The notes beneath the pieces were generated by a model that saw only the letters and a program-made list of their open reading frames with translations, searched no databases and was not told the DNA's origin. A stretch of DNA of 64,000 nucleotides from Podarcis melisellensis (Eukaryota): NCBI GenBank assembly GCA_964234715.1, contig OZ174279.1. One strand, given 5' to 3'. The translations under genes and the position numbers were made by a program. Numbering within the stretch: the first letter of the stretch is position 1; every line of letters starts with the position of its first letter. Positions 1-12,189 of the stretch are shown here, one piece after another.

Positions 1-882
1 AGTCATTATGCAAACTCTTGCCTAAAGAACGATTCCAGGGAATGCATTTTTTTTCATAAAGCAGGACCTGCATGTACTGTCATGTTCCTACCTCACACCC
101 TTGTGGCAGCCAATAATGGGTGAAGCAGGAAACATGCAATAGGATGCCATCAAACATTAATTGTTCTCATTATTACATGTGATGATACAGAGAGGGACAG
201 GGAAAATAGACACAGGGGCAACCCTGTTTTTGCCATCACATCATTGTTTAAAGTCTTTTGGAAAGCTTGAATTTCACCATCCTGAATACCTGGGGAAATA
301 ATAAGGTGACTGGCTTTGGCTTATGGAATAAGTGAAAATAATGAATACTTGTAACCACAATGAATGTTGTAACCACAACATATGCATTTAGGGCCGTTTT
401 ATTTACCACCTCATTAATGAGTTTGAGCAACTAAGAATTTAGAGTGCTGAATAAGGATTTACATTTAATTGAAGTCCGCTTTTCTTTTCCTGACAAAATG
501 TATTTTTGCACCCTGGTTGGATGTAATTAGTTCAACAAGGCTTTAAAAGAAATTGGCTTTGTTAAAATGTTGTATTTGCCACGTCAGTTTCTATGTGGAA
601 ATCAAAGCATAGAAATCACTAGCTTTATGGAGCTAGGGAAGTAAACCAGAGAGGTTTATTTTATTTTACTGTCTTTTTTGCTGTCACTATTTCGAAATTC
701 AGAATAATAGTGAACCCCAAGGGGAAAACGTTTAATTTCAGATAAGATATTAAACATACTTAACAATTATTTATTTTACTGTTACAAAAATGGCAGCTAC
801 AGTAGTGGCTATAACAAATACGCCACTCTTTTTCATCTTCCCAGGTACCGTTACATTTGTTAATGGTAATCACATGAAAATA

Positions 883-1124
883 CAGTGGTACCTCAGGTTA
901 AGTACTTAATTTATTCTGGAGGTCCGTTCTTAACCTGAAACTGTTCTTAACCTGAAGCACCACTTTAGGTAATGGGGCCTCCTGCTACCACCGCACCACC
1001 GGAGCCTGATTTCTGTTCTTATCCTGAAGCAAAGTTCTTAACCTGAAGCACAATTTCTGGGTTAGCGGAGTGTGTAACCTGAAGTGCATGTAACCTGAAG
1101 CATATGTAACCCAAGGTACCACTG
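883..1124. mobile_element. Tc1/mariner-pogo (Tigger-like) MITE
   Basis: TIRs CAGTGGTACCT.../...AGGTACCACTG with TA on both flanks; internal TAACCTGAAG repeats. Confidence 0.85.
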
Positions 1125-1237
1125 TATTAAGCTTTTTTTATACTGGTTCAGAACACTTATCCATCTAGACCAGAGTTGTCTTTGTCAACTATTAATGCCA
1201 AGCAGAGGTATTCCCAAGGCCAGCTACCTGAACATAA

Positions 1238-1411
1238 AACATAGAAAGCTGCTGTATACCAAATCAGTCCATCGCTCCATCTAGCTCATTGTCTACACTG
1301 ACTGGCAGTGGCTCTCAAGGGTTTCCAATGTGATGACTCCAGCCATACCTGGAGATGCCAGGCCTTGAACCTGGGACCCTCTGCATGCACACCATCGAGC
1401 TACAGCCCTTC
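1238..1411 (-). mobile_element. tRNA-derived squamate SINE (Squam3-like)
   Basis: Reverse-complement similarity to 5868-6062; tRNA A/B-box-like head. Confidence 0.7.
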
Positions 1412-4400
1412 CTTACCTGGATGCCAAATGGGCATGATTTTTTGTTGTTGTACAGCAGCTCCATAGGGCTGCTTTGAAGTCAGGAAAGTGTTGCTCTCAT
1501 TAGGTCTTTCTCTAAATCCCCAGCACCTGCTAATAGCTTCATAAGGGACAAAGGGCAGGCATGGATGCTGTTTCTCCTCTCACATGAAAGAGATAATGGC
1601 AGCTATGTGTAAGAAAGAGAAAAAGAGATTTATGGGGTGGGGGTGGGAGGTGGGGAATGGATGAATACTCTCTCCCAGAGCAACAATTTGCAGATCTTCA
1701 AAGAAACCCAGTGGGGCTGCTAATTAGCAAAATAAAGACCCATAGGAGAGCATAATTATGTATCTCGCCTATCATGACTCATTTGGGTCTCAGCATCCTT
1801 CCTAATGGGAGATGCTGTGGATGGGGCCGAGGGATCTTCTCCGTACTTGTAAAGCATGTCTTCCACCACAGAGGTATGAGCTCTCTCCTTTGACGGTGTG
1901 CATTAAACATTCAGAAAGACAAACTGGAGTGAATTGTGATGGATCACATTAGTGACTGTGTTGAGGATAGGCAACATCCTATTAAAAGCTCACTGTAGTT
2001 TCCTCTACTGCATACTACCAGTTCACCAAATGTTTCTTCTGAGAAATCTGCATTTTCTCCCTACCCTCTGAAAGTGCTTCATGTAAAAATATGTCAAGCA
2101 ACAGAAGCAGTAGAGCTCTGGCTGTCCATCAGTGTTTTCTTTCCTTCCCAGAGTGCTTCAGAGACTAGCTTCTTTCCCAGAGGCACTCTGGGAAGAAAAG
2201 AGAATAGCTTTCGGAAGTGTTTTCATTTCTTTTAAAGAAACAAAACAAGGAAGGTAGGAAGTTCTTCCCCATTCTAAATGCCCCCCATAGTTTGCATAAT
2301 TTTGTGCTGCCCTCACTGCCCACTTTTGTTTTGGAAGCCTGCCCCCCAAGAGGGGTCCCCTCAAAAAAATCAAGACCAGTTTTACTGTAATTGGTAACAA
2401 GGTCTATCTTAATTCCACCCCTAGGCCTGCTTACAGTCATATAGTTGGATGGGTTATAGTGAATATATAAAGAGAGCCCACCTATGCTTCAACTCAGTCC
2501 AGCTGGGGACCTTCCCTCAATTTGATTGGATAAAGGTCTTTGCTCCCAAAGCCTGCAAGCTTCTTCAGTCTATGCCATGCTAAACTAGCATGAACTGTAG
2601 GAGCGTAGCCAAGGGCAGCTGAGGGGGAGTTGCCCTCCCACAGCAAGTAAATAAATAAAAATACTTAACTGACCAATCACATCACAGATAGCTTGGTTCT
2701 GCCCTTCCAAGATAAAGTCTGCCCCCCATCAAAAATCCTGGCTATGCTCATGAGGGATGGCACATTTTCCTGGAACCTTAAAATCAGACATGGGTGGCTT
2801 TTGCACAGTTTAGTTGCAGCTGTGCTTAATGTTCAAGATTTGGACTAAAAAATTTAAGGCAGCAGGCAAAAGCAGACCCCCAAAACAGAGGGGCGTTGTC
2901 TTCTATGGTAACAAAATGATAAACAAACCTACAAACTGTGTTTTGGCTCAGCTCTGAATTTAACAAAGGGGAAATATGGCTAATGGGGTACACATATACT
3001 TGTATCCTCACATAGATAGTATTTGGTAATTCAAAAGAAAAGAAAACAGAATAGGACATAATGCTCTGTTTTGAAGCAATGACTCATTGTTAAAATGATA
3101 ATGGCTGGAAGTAGCAGAGTACAATACAAGTAAACAATTTGCAGTGTCAACAGAAATGCAGTCAGTTGAAAAATTAACCTGAATACATTTCCGTAGAAAT
3201 AAAGTAGGATTCCCCCTGCCCTAATCACAGCTAAATTCTTCTGAGAGAACCAGGCAGAACGGGGCAAAATATCTTCTGAAACATTGCCAAATACATGCAT
3301 CAAATTTATTGCAGGAATTTTTTGAACAGGCAACTTTATTGAGATGCATAGTGGCAGCTACTCCACTGAGGATATGAAAACTGGAATTACATTATGCATC
3401 TGCATTCTATGTGGGAAAGAGCTCTGCCTCAGTGCTTGGCATTGCAGAAGGGTCCAGGTTCAATCCTCAACATCTCTAGATAGGACTTGGAGAGGGCCTG
3501 GTTTAAAATCCTGGAGAGCTGTTGTCAGTCAGAGCAAATGCTGAGCTGGATGGACCAATACTCAATGGCTATGAACACATTAGCAGCTGAAGATACAGTG
3601 AGATGATTTTCCCTGGTTCATTTCAAGTTGCCTTTGCATGCTGTACACACCAGAGAAAGGCAGGAATGTCTTCATCTGGTGCACATTACAGGTTTGGTTT
3701 CCCTGTCACTGCAGTGCCCTGAACTCATGAAGCTGTCACCTACATATGCACTGTTACCTGCACATGGGCTATGGCTTTCTAAGAAGTACACACCTCAGCT
3801 GAACTGTGAGGTGAATGTAGCATTTACCTCGTAGCAGCAGAAAAGTAAAATAAGATGTGTGAACTAGTTCTGTATATGGATGAAATTTAAAAAAACAAAA
3901 CAAAGTGGAAGTACAGTTTTTATTCTGCAGTAGCTATGGGATTCACATAACTCAGTAGGACTCTCAGCAACAAAGAAGTAAAATGTAATGGCTTATATGA
4001 TTTGCAATGAAGCCTGGGTGCTGTTACTTTGCTTGCAGCTCCCAACATATTTTAAAGGTCATGATCTGGAACCATGTGCACGCAGGACTTATTTCTCATT
4101 GTCCTTCAGTTTGTCAGGAGATCTTGCATGCATCGGCCTGTGTAGTTCAGCCTATTGGGCCTAGTAGCTGTTAGTCTGGGAGTCTCTCTGAGCTTGTGAT
4201 GCAGCTGTTATAAATTGAGAGAAGAAGGGCTGGAGAAAGGAGGATGAGGAAGGAGTCTGCAGGTCCTATCTAAGGATATTAGTAGAACCAGAGAAAGAAA
4301 ACACTCAAGGGCAGAGAAGAAGTCTAGCTACTGGAGACAGCGTTTGGAGTTCCTTGTTGGCTAAAACAAACAGAAGCCAAGGTCTGATACTGTACAGGAA

Positions 4401-4788
4401 TGCTTTAGACAGAAACTAAGGTGGCAGTGGTTCTCCTCTTTTTCTCCTTTTCTTATCCATATGTATGTACTGCACCCCTGAGGCCGCAAACATCCAAACA
4501 ATAATACCAGATATTGTGAGCAGTCATCCTGTTTCCTTTGTAAGTTGACAGAAGTCAGTGCTGAAGGTCTGCACTGCAGGCCCTACTGACTGCAGTGTAA
4601 CATGAACCAATTTAACCCATCTGAGTTATGCTTAACAGACAATGTTGGTGAAAACTGGAGAAGCCTGGAGTTTGAGAGGTGCCAGTTTTTGATGAGGAAG
4701 CAGGAGTAAATGGATAACTTTTTGGTTGATCAAATGGTGTGCACTAGTGTGTTGCTCAGTTGGAATTTACATTGTTGCAAGGGCATTA

Positions 4789-5032
4789 CAGTCATACCTC
4801 AGGCTGAAGTGGCTTCGGGATAAATATTTTCAGGTTGCGCACTGCGGCGACCTGGAAGTAACGGAGTACGTTACTTCTGGGTCGCCGCTAGCGCATGCAT
4901 AGACAGTCAAAATGATGTCACATGCATGCGCGGAAGTGGCAAATCGCGACCCGTGCAGACGCGGGTTGTGTTCGCTTCTGGATTCGAACTGAGCTCTGGA
5001 ACGGATCCTGTTTGCATCCAGAGGTACCACTG
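4789..5032. mobile_element. Related Tigger-like MITE with CpG-rich interior
   Basis: TA-CAGTCATACCTC ... GAGGTACCACTG-TA. Confidence 0.75.
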
Positions 5033-5681
5033 TATTAGTTACCATATAGTAGATAAGAACTACTGACTCCTATGGAGAAATCACCAGTGATACAAGGTGT
5101 AAGCAAGGAGCAAGTCATGTTTTGGGTTCATTTAGTACTTTTGTGTGTGTGTATGTATGTATGGTGTCTGATGGAGAATTTATACTGTTGGAAAACCTGC
5201 TTCCCTCCCTCTCATTTGCCTTTGCACATATGGAGCACTTTGCTTTTCATAAAACAATAGAAAAGCTCCACTCCCTGCTACCACATCAATCTGAATCTTA
5301 GAGCAATAACCACAATTGCAGTATTTCTTCCATCTCCAGCAGTTATTCTGCAATTGTGACTTCAGACACTGATGTTAAAATGTTGACCTTTTCTTGACAC
5401 AGCAAGCCTCTGATGTCTAATATTAGCATAGTTATGTTCTTAATAAAAAATGGTACATGATGCTGTGGTAAAGGTTAGTACCCCTTTGGCTTATCAATGA
5501 GCAGCTGCTCACTGACTGTTGCTCCTTTGACAAGGTATACTCTTTTTTTAATAAAAAAAAAAAGCTGAGGTTTGCTCATAACAGAGTTAAAACTATAGAT
5601 GCATCAATTGTTTTGGCCTTTCCTAAATCCACTCACTGATTGACTTTCATATATTCAATGCGTTTAAATTACATACCAATC

Positions 5682-5720
5682 TAGAATAGAATAGAATAGA
5701 ATAGAATAATAGAATAGAAT
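5682..5720. repeat. (TAGAA)n microsatellite
   Basis: Direct reading. Confidence 0.9.
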
Positions 5721-5867
5721 ATTACTATTTTTCTTGAAGGTGCTGGGGGGTGGGCAAAGGATCACAATCTCCACTTTAAGTAGAGGGGGAAAGGCCTGTA
5801 ACAAATAGGACTGCAAGCTTTAATTGCCTCAATTTATAATCAGCTAGGGCTGGAATCTGAAGGGTGG

Positions 5868-6062
5868 GGAAGGGCTGTTGCTCAGTGGTAGAGAATCTGC
5901 TTCGCATGCAGAAGTTTCCAGGTTCAACCCTCAACATCTCTAAGTGGGCCTGGAAATGTTCCCTGTCTGAAACTGTGGGCAGCTGCTGACAGTCAGTTTA
6001 GACAATATTGAGCTAGATGGACCATTGATCCGACTTGTTATAAGGCAGGTTTCTATGTTTCC
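5868..6062 (+). mobile_element. tRNA-derived squamate SINE (Squam3-like); further decayed copies near 3410-3562 (+), 33104-33286 (-), 35483-35600 (+), 37575-37710 (+)
   Basis: GCTCAGTGGTAGAG (A box) ... GGTTCAACCC (B box), shared body GAGCTAGATGGACCA; multiple copies in the window. Confidence 0.75.
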
Positions 6063-6911
6063 AATGCAGCTTACCTGTGAGTAAGCCACATTAAATTCAA
6101 TGGAACTTACTCCTGAGCGGGCATGGCTAGTATACAGCTTTAGTTTAACTGGTGACTAATTTTATTTGTTATATAATTAGGATGTGAAAAGGAATATAAT
6201 CATAGCTTTCTTGATTAGCCATGAATGAGCTGAAAGTTACAGTTTTGCCTGACAAACCTGAATAAGTGATTAGGAAGTTAAGAAAAATGCAGTATGTTTC
6301 TTGGTGGCTGCAGCTTTTGGTATATAATAACACCAGAATTTTACAGCAGAATAATAGACTTCAAAATTTAAATTCATACATGCTGAATTCAGACTTAACT
6401 GCAAACCATGGTGTTTTGATCCAATAATGCACTGCATTGAGCCATTGTGGTTTGTAACAAACCACTGTTGGTCATCAAAGCAGGATTTTATATCAGGACA
6501 TGGTTTGAATAAACCACAGTAAGCTGTATTTTAACAATTTAGGAAATTGCAATTTGTTACAAACTGGAAATGGAAACTTAAGATTTCCTCTCCTTAGGCA
6601 TAAAAGAGTGGGGGAAGGAGAGCAGATGAGCTTAAGGGTCACGAAAGAGCTTTGTTGTTATGCCTGAATTTGGGCACGGTGACCAGAGAGGGGTGTTTTT
6701 TGTGGGGGTTTTTTTACTCAAATTAGCTAAAACCAAGGTATTCCTCAGTTAACATTTGCTCTCTTTGGGAACCTGTTGCATGATTAATGGTTGTGCTTCC
6801 TGCTTTAAGCGTTTGCTGACTTTCACTATACTCTGTGTTAGTATTTGTAAATAAAAATATATTACTGTATGTCTCTAGTACATTTAGTACTTGAGACACA
6901 CCTAGTATACT

Positions 6912-7049
6912 CAGGGCTTTTTTTTTGAGATGGAACTCGCCAGAACTCAGTTCCGGCACCTCTCAGGTGGGTGCCATTGCCATTGTAAGAGAACAAGGGA
7001 GACGTTCACGATGAGTTCCAGCACCTCTTTTTCTAGAAAAATAGCACTG
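6912..7049. mobile_element. hAT-type MITE
   Basis: TIR-like CAGGGCTTTTTTT/AAAAATAGCACTG; 8-bp TSD AGTATACT/AGTACACT. Confidence 0.7.
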
Positions 7050-7129
7050 AGTACACTTGGGGAAATTTAACTTTGTTACTCTGCCCCTACATTTCTTATG
7101 CAGATATAACAATATGAAAATGACCGTGA

Positions 7130-7197
7130 TGTCTGCTGGAAGCCACCCAGAGTATCTGGGGAAACCCAGCCAGATAGGTGGGGTATAAATATTGTTA

Positions 7198-7248
<51 letters not shown>
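7130..7248 (+). mobile_element. LINE (L2-like) 3' end with (TTA)n tail
   Basis: GGAAGCCACCCAGAG...GGGGTATAAAT then a long TTA array; same family on minus strand at 63802-64000 and 52440-52580. Confidence 0.6.
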
Positions 7249-7249
<1 letters not shown>

Positions 7250-10200
7250 GCAGTAGCTTTTGCATGTTGGATCTTTGGTTGTCAGAATTGCTTTGGATAA
7301 CATTACAAGTGGAACCTTCCATGCGCATTCACAGCTTATTTAGTCTTTTTACTTAGCTTTCTGTCTAACTTTTTCATACAGTTGTATAGTGAACTGTTAA
7401 ATAATCCATCCCAGAGGTGCTTCAGTTCAGAGTAGAGTTAATTAGCTATTATTTAGAAATGCATTTCCAAAGTGCTAAATCTTGTAAGTCCTCTTAATCA
7501 CTGCTTGATGAATGCATTAATGACCCTCTGCTCAACCATATTCTGGCACGTCTCTCACCTCTGATATACAAGCAGCATCCTCTTTTGCCCTTGAACTTGA
7601 GCATGTGCATAAGTGCAGCCATAGAGACATATAGGCATAGGCAGGTGCTCTTCCCTCATCCAGCTGATTCTGTTCTCAAAATATGCTTTGGTGTGAAAAG
7701 CACAGTTTATTCTGGTTCATTTGCTTAGTTAGCTGGTGCTATTTTAATTTAGCCCTGAACTGCCTTAGTTGCAAGGGAACAGCCATCCATTGTTTAGTTG
7801 TGGCCAATTTTAAATCCATCTAAAGATGCTCAATCACAGAAGCCACACAGATGCATGGTTGAATAATTTTGTCTCACATGTTCCAATTTGGCTTCCTCCA
7901 TGTCTTAATTAGCATGCTGGGTAATCCTTCTCTGGTTCTGCCTTTTGATACCATTTAAATAATAATAATGGATGCAACTTCCCTCAGATAATTAGTTTGC
8001 TCTGCTGTTGTGTATATTTATGAGTACTTCACTCAGTATTATCCAAACAGGGATGCCAGGCACCAGACAGGTGGACTGATCACCCTGGTATATTTGAAGG
8101 GAATGCCAGGTTTGGCTCTCAAAAGGAAATCTCCATTATTTCAATTGGTGTTGGCTCTGGACAAGGAGAAGCAACCCCCAGTGCAGTTCCTAGGGTACTG
8201 GCTCTTCACTTGTAAAAGTATTCTATGCATTGCTTAAAGACAGAATTAAGTTTAAAGAGAAGTATTGCTCCAATAGGCATGTAGCCCTGTATCTTAAAGG
8301 TATGTGAACACAGCAGTAATAAGGTACACCTTCTGAATCACACCATTGCTTTTTGCATATGTTTATGTGAACGTACATCAGGCCTTGTTTGGTATTAGGT
8401 TTGAATATTAAGAACTGGGTAGGTATTGTAGTTTTGCAAGCATCTAGTAAATTTTGTTGGTAGCATTAGTATATAGTTTGCATACTTGTAATGAATTGAT
8501 CACTTGTGGCATCTTAATTTTGATTGCAGCTGAGATACAAAAGGGAAACAATTGTGTGTTGGGCCTTATGCCCATTGCAGCAGTTCTCAGTGAAAAAATG
8601 GGGCAACCAAATACCTGGGAGTAAATAAAACAATAGCAACAAAAAACAAAGCCACCCTTACCTGCTTTACTTAATCCTGCCACTGGGTGTCACTGCTTTT
8701 CTTTAAAAATTTAGTTTACCAAATGTTTTCAATCTGTGTCAAAAGTACCACTCTGCTTCTGGAGCCTCATTTGCAGTCTGAGAAAGCAGGGCAATATTTT
8801 TGGCTATGTTTTCAAGAGATGAGGGAGATAAGAAATGCTAAAAAATTTCAGCCCCTGGAAAGGGCTTACCTTAATGAGTGGTGGTGGCAGAAACGTTTTG
8901 TGTGTGCGTGTGTGCACTCTCTTTCTGTTAACTTACAGTGGTAAGCATTGGTAGAACTCAAATCCGTGGTCCTGCAGGCTGCTCCCCCTCCCCAATTCCA
9001 CAGGAAGATATTTGCATCACACTGTGGCATAATTTAACTTTACAGTGGAGGTTGCCATATTTCTCTCATACAGTGGTGGATGGTGTCCACTGGGTTTGGT
9101 AAGCCTGCTAGGGAGCCATGGGGATGTGGCCAATAGTCACATGGGTGTGGCCAATTGTGATTTTCTCCCTATCCTCCCTGTTTGCAAAGATGCTGTGGGT
9201 CCATAAGTACTGCAGTTATACAAATACTCAGCACATAACTAAACTGAAAAATGCCTTACAGGGGCCCCTGTTGTTCTTTGTTGGAAGGAAAGTTGTGTGG
9301 CCTCCACTTGTTCTGACATCCTTCTCCTTTGCAATGGACCAATGGACACTTCCTCCAACATTGCAGCTGTATACATTAGGGTTGCCATATTTCAAAAAGT
9401 AAAAACCAGGACACCAAAATTGTTGAGCTTCTTTTAGAAAAAGCCGGAAGTTGTTGAGCTTACACTCCTAAGTGTTTTTACAAAAACACTCCTAGGCCTG
9501 GCTGCCTAGGTATGCCCTTCAAGAAAACAGTTTGGAGCATGATCAGAACATATACTTCCAGTTTAATTGACTCCCCCCACCCCAATTTTTTTTAGAACCA
9601 AAGTTAAGCAGAGAATGTGTATGTGTGTATATATGCATGTGTGCCTAACACAGAGGTTCCTGTAACGTGATGCAGTTTCAGTCTCATTAGTATGAGAAAT
9701 GCTTTTGAGAATTGAATATCAATCTCAAGAACTGAAGTAATTTATTTAGCAACAGCCCACTTGTAGCATCCACTTCAGTTTATCCCTAGAAAGGTGAAGG
9801 CTTGGATTATAGAGAACGGGGTATCCCACCAGTGCTCTGCAGCAGGTATGCTGGCACTTTATACTGATATGAGCTAATGCACCATCATACTTCAGTGACC
9901 ACCAGCTTTTGTATATGAGCAGCTTTAAATGTTTTAGAAGCTTGGAATCCAAAACATGGGGTAGGGTGGGGTGGCTGGAAGACAAGTCAAAAGTGCATCC
10001 TATTGATTTAAGTGAGTGAGATTTGCAGTTGCTCCAGAACATGTGTCATCTTCACATGCAGAAGCATTGGAGTGCCTTCCCTGTGCTATAATCCCACACT
10101 GTTCCTGTGACAGGAACATTGCCTTCTCTCTCTACTGGACAACATGTGTGTCAGTAGTATCCCCATCCTGCCTGATGAAGCTGTGTAGACTCACATGTTG

Positions 10201-11364
10201 GGAAAGCCGCTCTCACCCCACTGTAGGCACATGTGAATTGGCTAAGTGAGAGTCTGGGAAGGAGCCCAGGAGACCCTTGATCGAGACACAACAGGTGATA
10301 ATGGAGAGCTGGAGATTACTCTAAACCTAGTGAATTAAAATCACATCACCAGGGCTAAGGCTAACTCTGTAAATACTCAATTGCCAACCTTTCCATGTTC
10401 TCAGAAAATATGCTGGCTGATGAAGTGAGACTCTCCTCATTCTAAACTAGAGTAGCATACTCATTATCAATAGCAGGATAGTTCTGAAGTACCTTATCTG
10501 TAGGGGACTGAATAAAGCTAATCCCACAGGACCAGGGATGTAAGCATCACCAGGACATTGATTAATGGGCTGGTAGGCATAAACGGGTTATGGAGAAGAG
10601 ATGACCTGGATTCCTCAGAGAGTTTAGGGTTACCAAAAGCACATTTTTTTCTGGTATTCAGAATTTGGAAACAAAAAAACAAAACAGTTCATGTCCTGAT
10701 ATTGTTAGTCCCAAAATCAACTTTCATAGTGGAATGGCATCCTTTGTACAGAAAATTAAAATAGATATTTTAGATGGTCCTGAACTAATGGTTTTTCATG
10801 AATAATTGGATTTCTGCATAAGGCCTGCTTTGTAGGAAAATGGAGTGAAGCATGGCCCAGCAGTAAAATCCTACGCCTGGCCCCTCAAAAAGAATGAAGC
10901 TATGAATTCACTTTTTCATTATTTTACTCTGCCATATGCAAAGACAGCATCTTCCCATTATGCTAAGAAAAGGTTTGTCTGAATTTTACCAACAGGATCT
11001 TTAAAAATTAAATGAAACATGAAATAAACATTTGTGCTGTTGTTGCTGTTGACTCCTGAGGCACAACATATTAAAGCTACTCTTAGCATATTAATTAATT
11101 AATTTTATTGAATATATATACTGCCTTATGGCCTTATGCCCGGAGATCTCAGGGCAGTTCACAAAACAAAATCAAAATATAAAACCACAATATATATAAT
11201 CAAAATAAAAACAACAACCCAATAACACCCCCCCCAAAAGAACTGCATTTTAAAAGGGCATAGGATGTTCCCATTAATTCCTTTTCTGTCCCTAACCAAC
11301 TGTTACAGCTATGCTTTAACTCAAAATTTACATTATTATTTTGCCACCCAGAATACTCTTTACT

Positions 11365-12189
11365 CCAGAATCAGCATTCAAAATGACCTTAACAGATTGG
11401 AGAACTGGGCACCAGCTAACAAAATGAATTTCAATAGGGACAAATGTAAGGTTCTGCACTTAGGCAGGAAGAACCAGATGCACAAATATTGGATGGGGGC
11501 ACCTGGTTTACTAGCAGTACATGTGAAAAGGATCTAGGGGTCTTGGTGGACCACAAGCTTAACATAAGTCAACAGTGTGATGCAGCAGTAAAAAAAGCTA
11601 ATACTATTCTAGGCTGCATCAACACAAGTATAGTGTCCAAATCAAGGGAAGTAAATAGCACCACTCTATTCTGCATTAGTCAGACCACACTTGGAGTATT
11701 TTGTCCAATTCTAGGCACCACAATTTAAGAAGGATGTTGACAAGCTGGAATGTGTGTAGACGAGGGCAACCAAGATGACCAAGGGTCTGGAAACTAAGTC
11801 TTATGAGGAGTGCTTGAAGGAGCTGGGTATGTTTAGCCTGGAAAAGAGGAGACTGAGAGGAGATGTGACCACCATCTTCAAATATCTAAAGGACTGTCAC
11901 ATGGAGGAGGGAGCATGCTTATTTTCTCTGGAGGGTAGGACTTGAACCAAGCTGCAAGAAAGGAGATTCTGACTAAACATTCGGAAAAACTTTCTGACAG
12001 AAAGAGCTGTTCAGCAGTGAAACAGACTCTCATGAGAGGTGGTGGACTCTCTTTCCTTGAAGGCTTTTAAGCAGAGGTTGGATGGCCATCTGTCATGGAT
12101 GCTTTAATTGAGTTTCCTGCATTGCAGGGGGTTGGACTAGATGATCCTTGGGGTCCCTTCCAACTCTAAGAGTCTATGATCCTATGATT
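11365..12189 (+). mobile_element. 5'-truncated CR1 LINE (decayed ORF2 C-terminus and 3' UTR)
   Basis: IQNDLNRLENWA..KMNFNRDKCKVLHLGRKNQ and EKDLGVLVDHKLN peptides broken by frameshifts; ends GGTCCCTTCCAAC plus degenerate (ATTCTATG)n repeats. Confidence 0.9.

Noticed and set aside
897-1110. Regularly spaced short repeats resembling a CRISPR array
   Set aside because: Irregular spacing, inside a eukaryotic MITE, no cas genes.
4112-4550. Possible old solo LTRs (also ~22390-22900 and ~62985-63140)
   Set aside because: LTR-like composition or TG start, but no matching TSD or partner LTR could be confirmed.
6963-7328. Poly-N / poly-I ORFs (also poly-L at 43959-44237)
   Set aside because: Translations of trinucleotide microsatellites.
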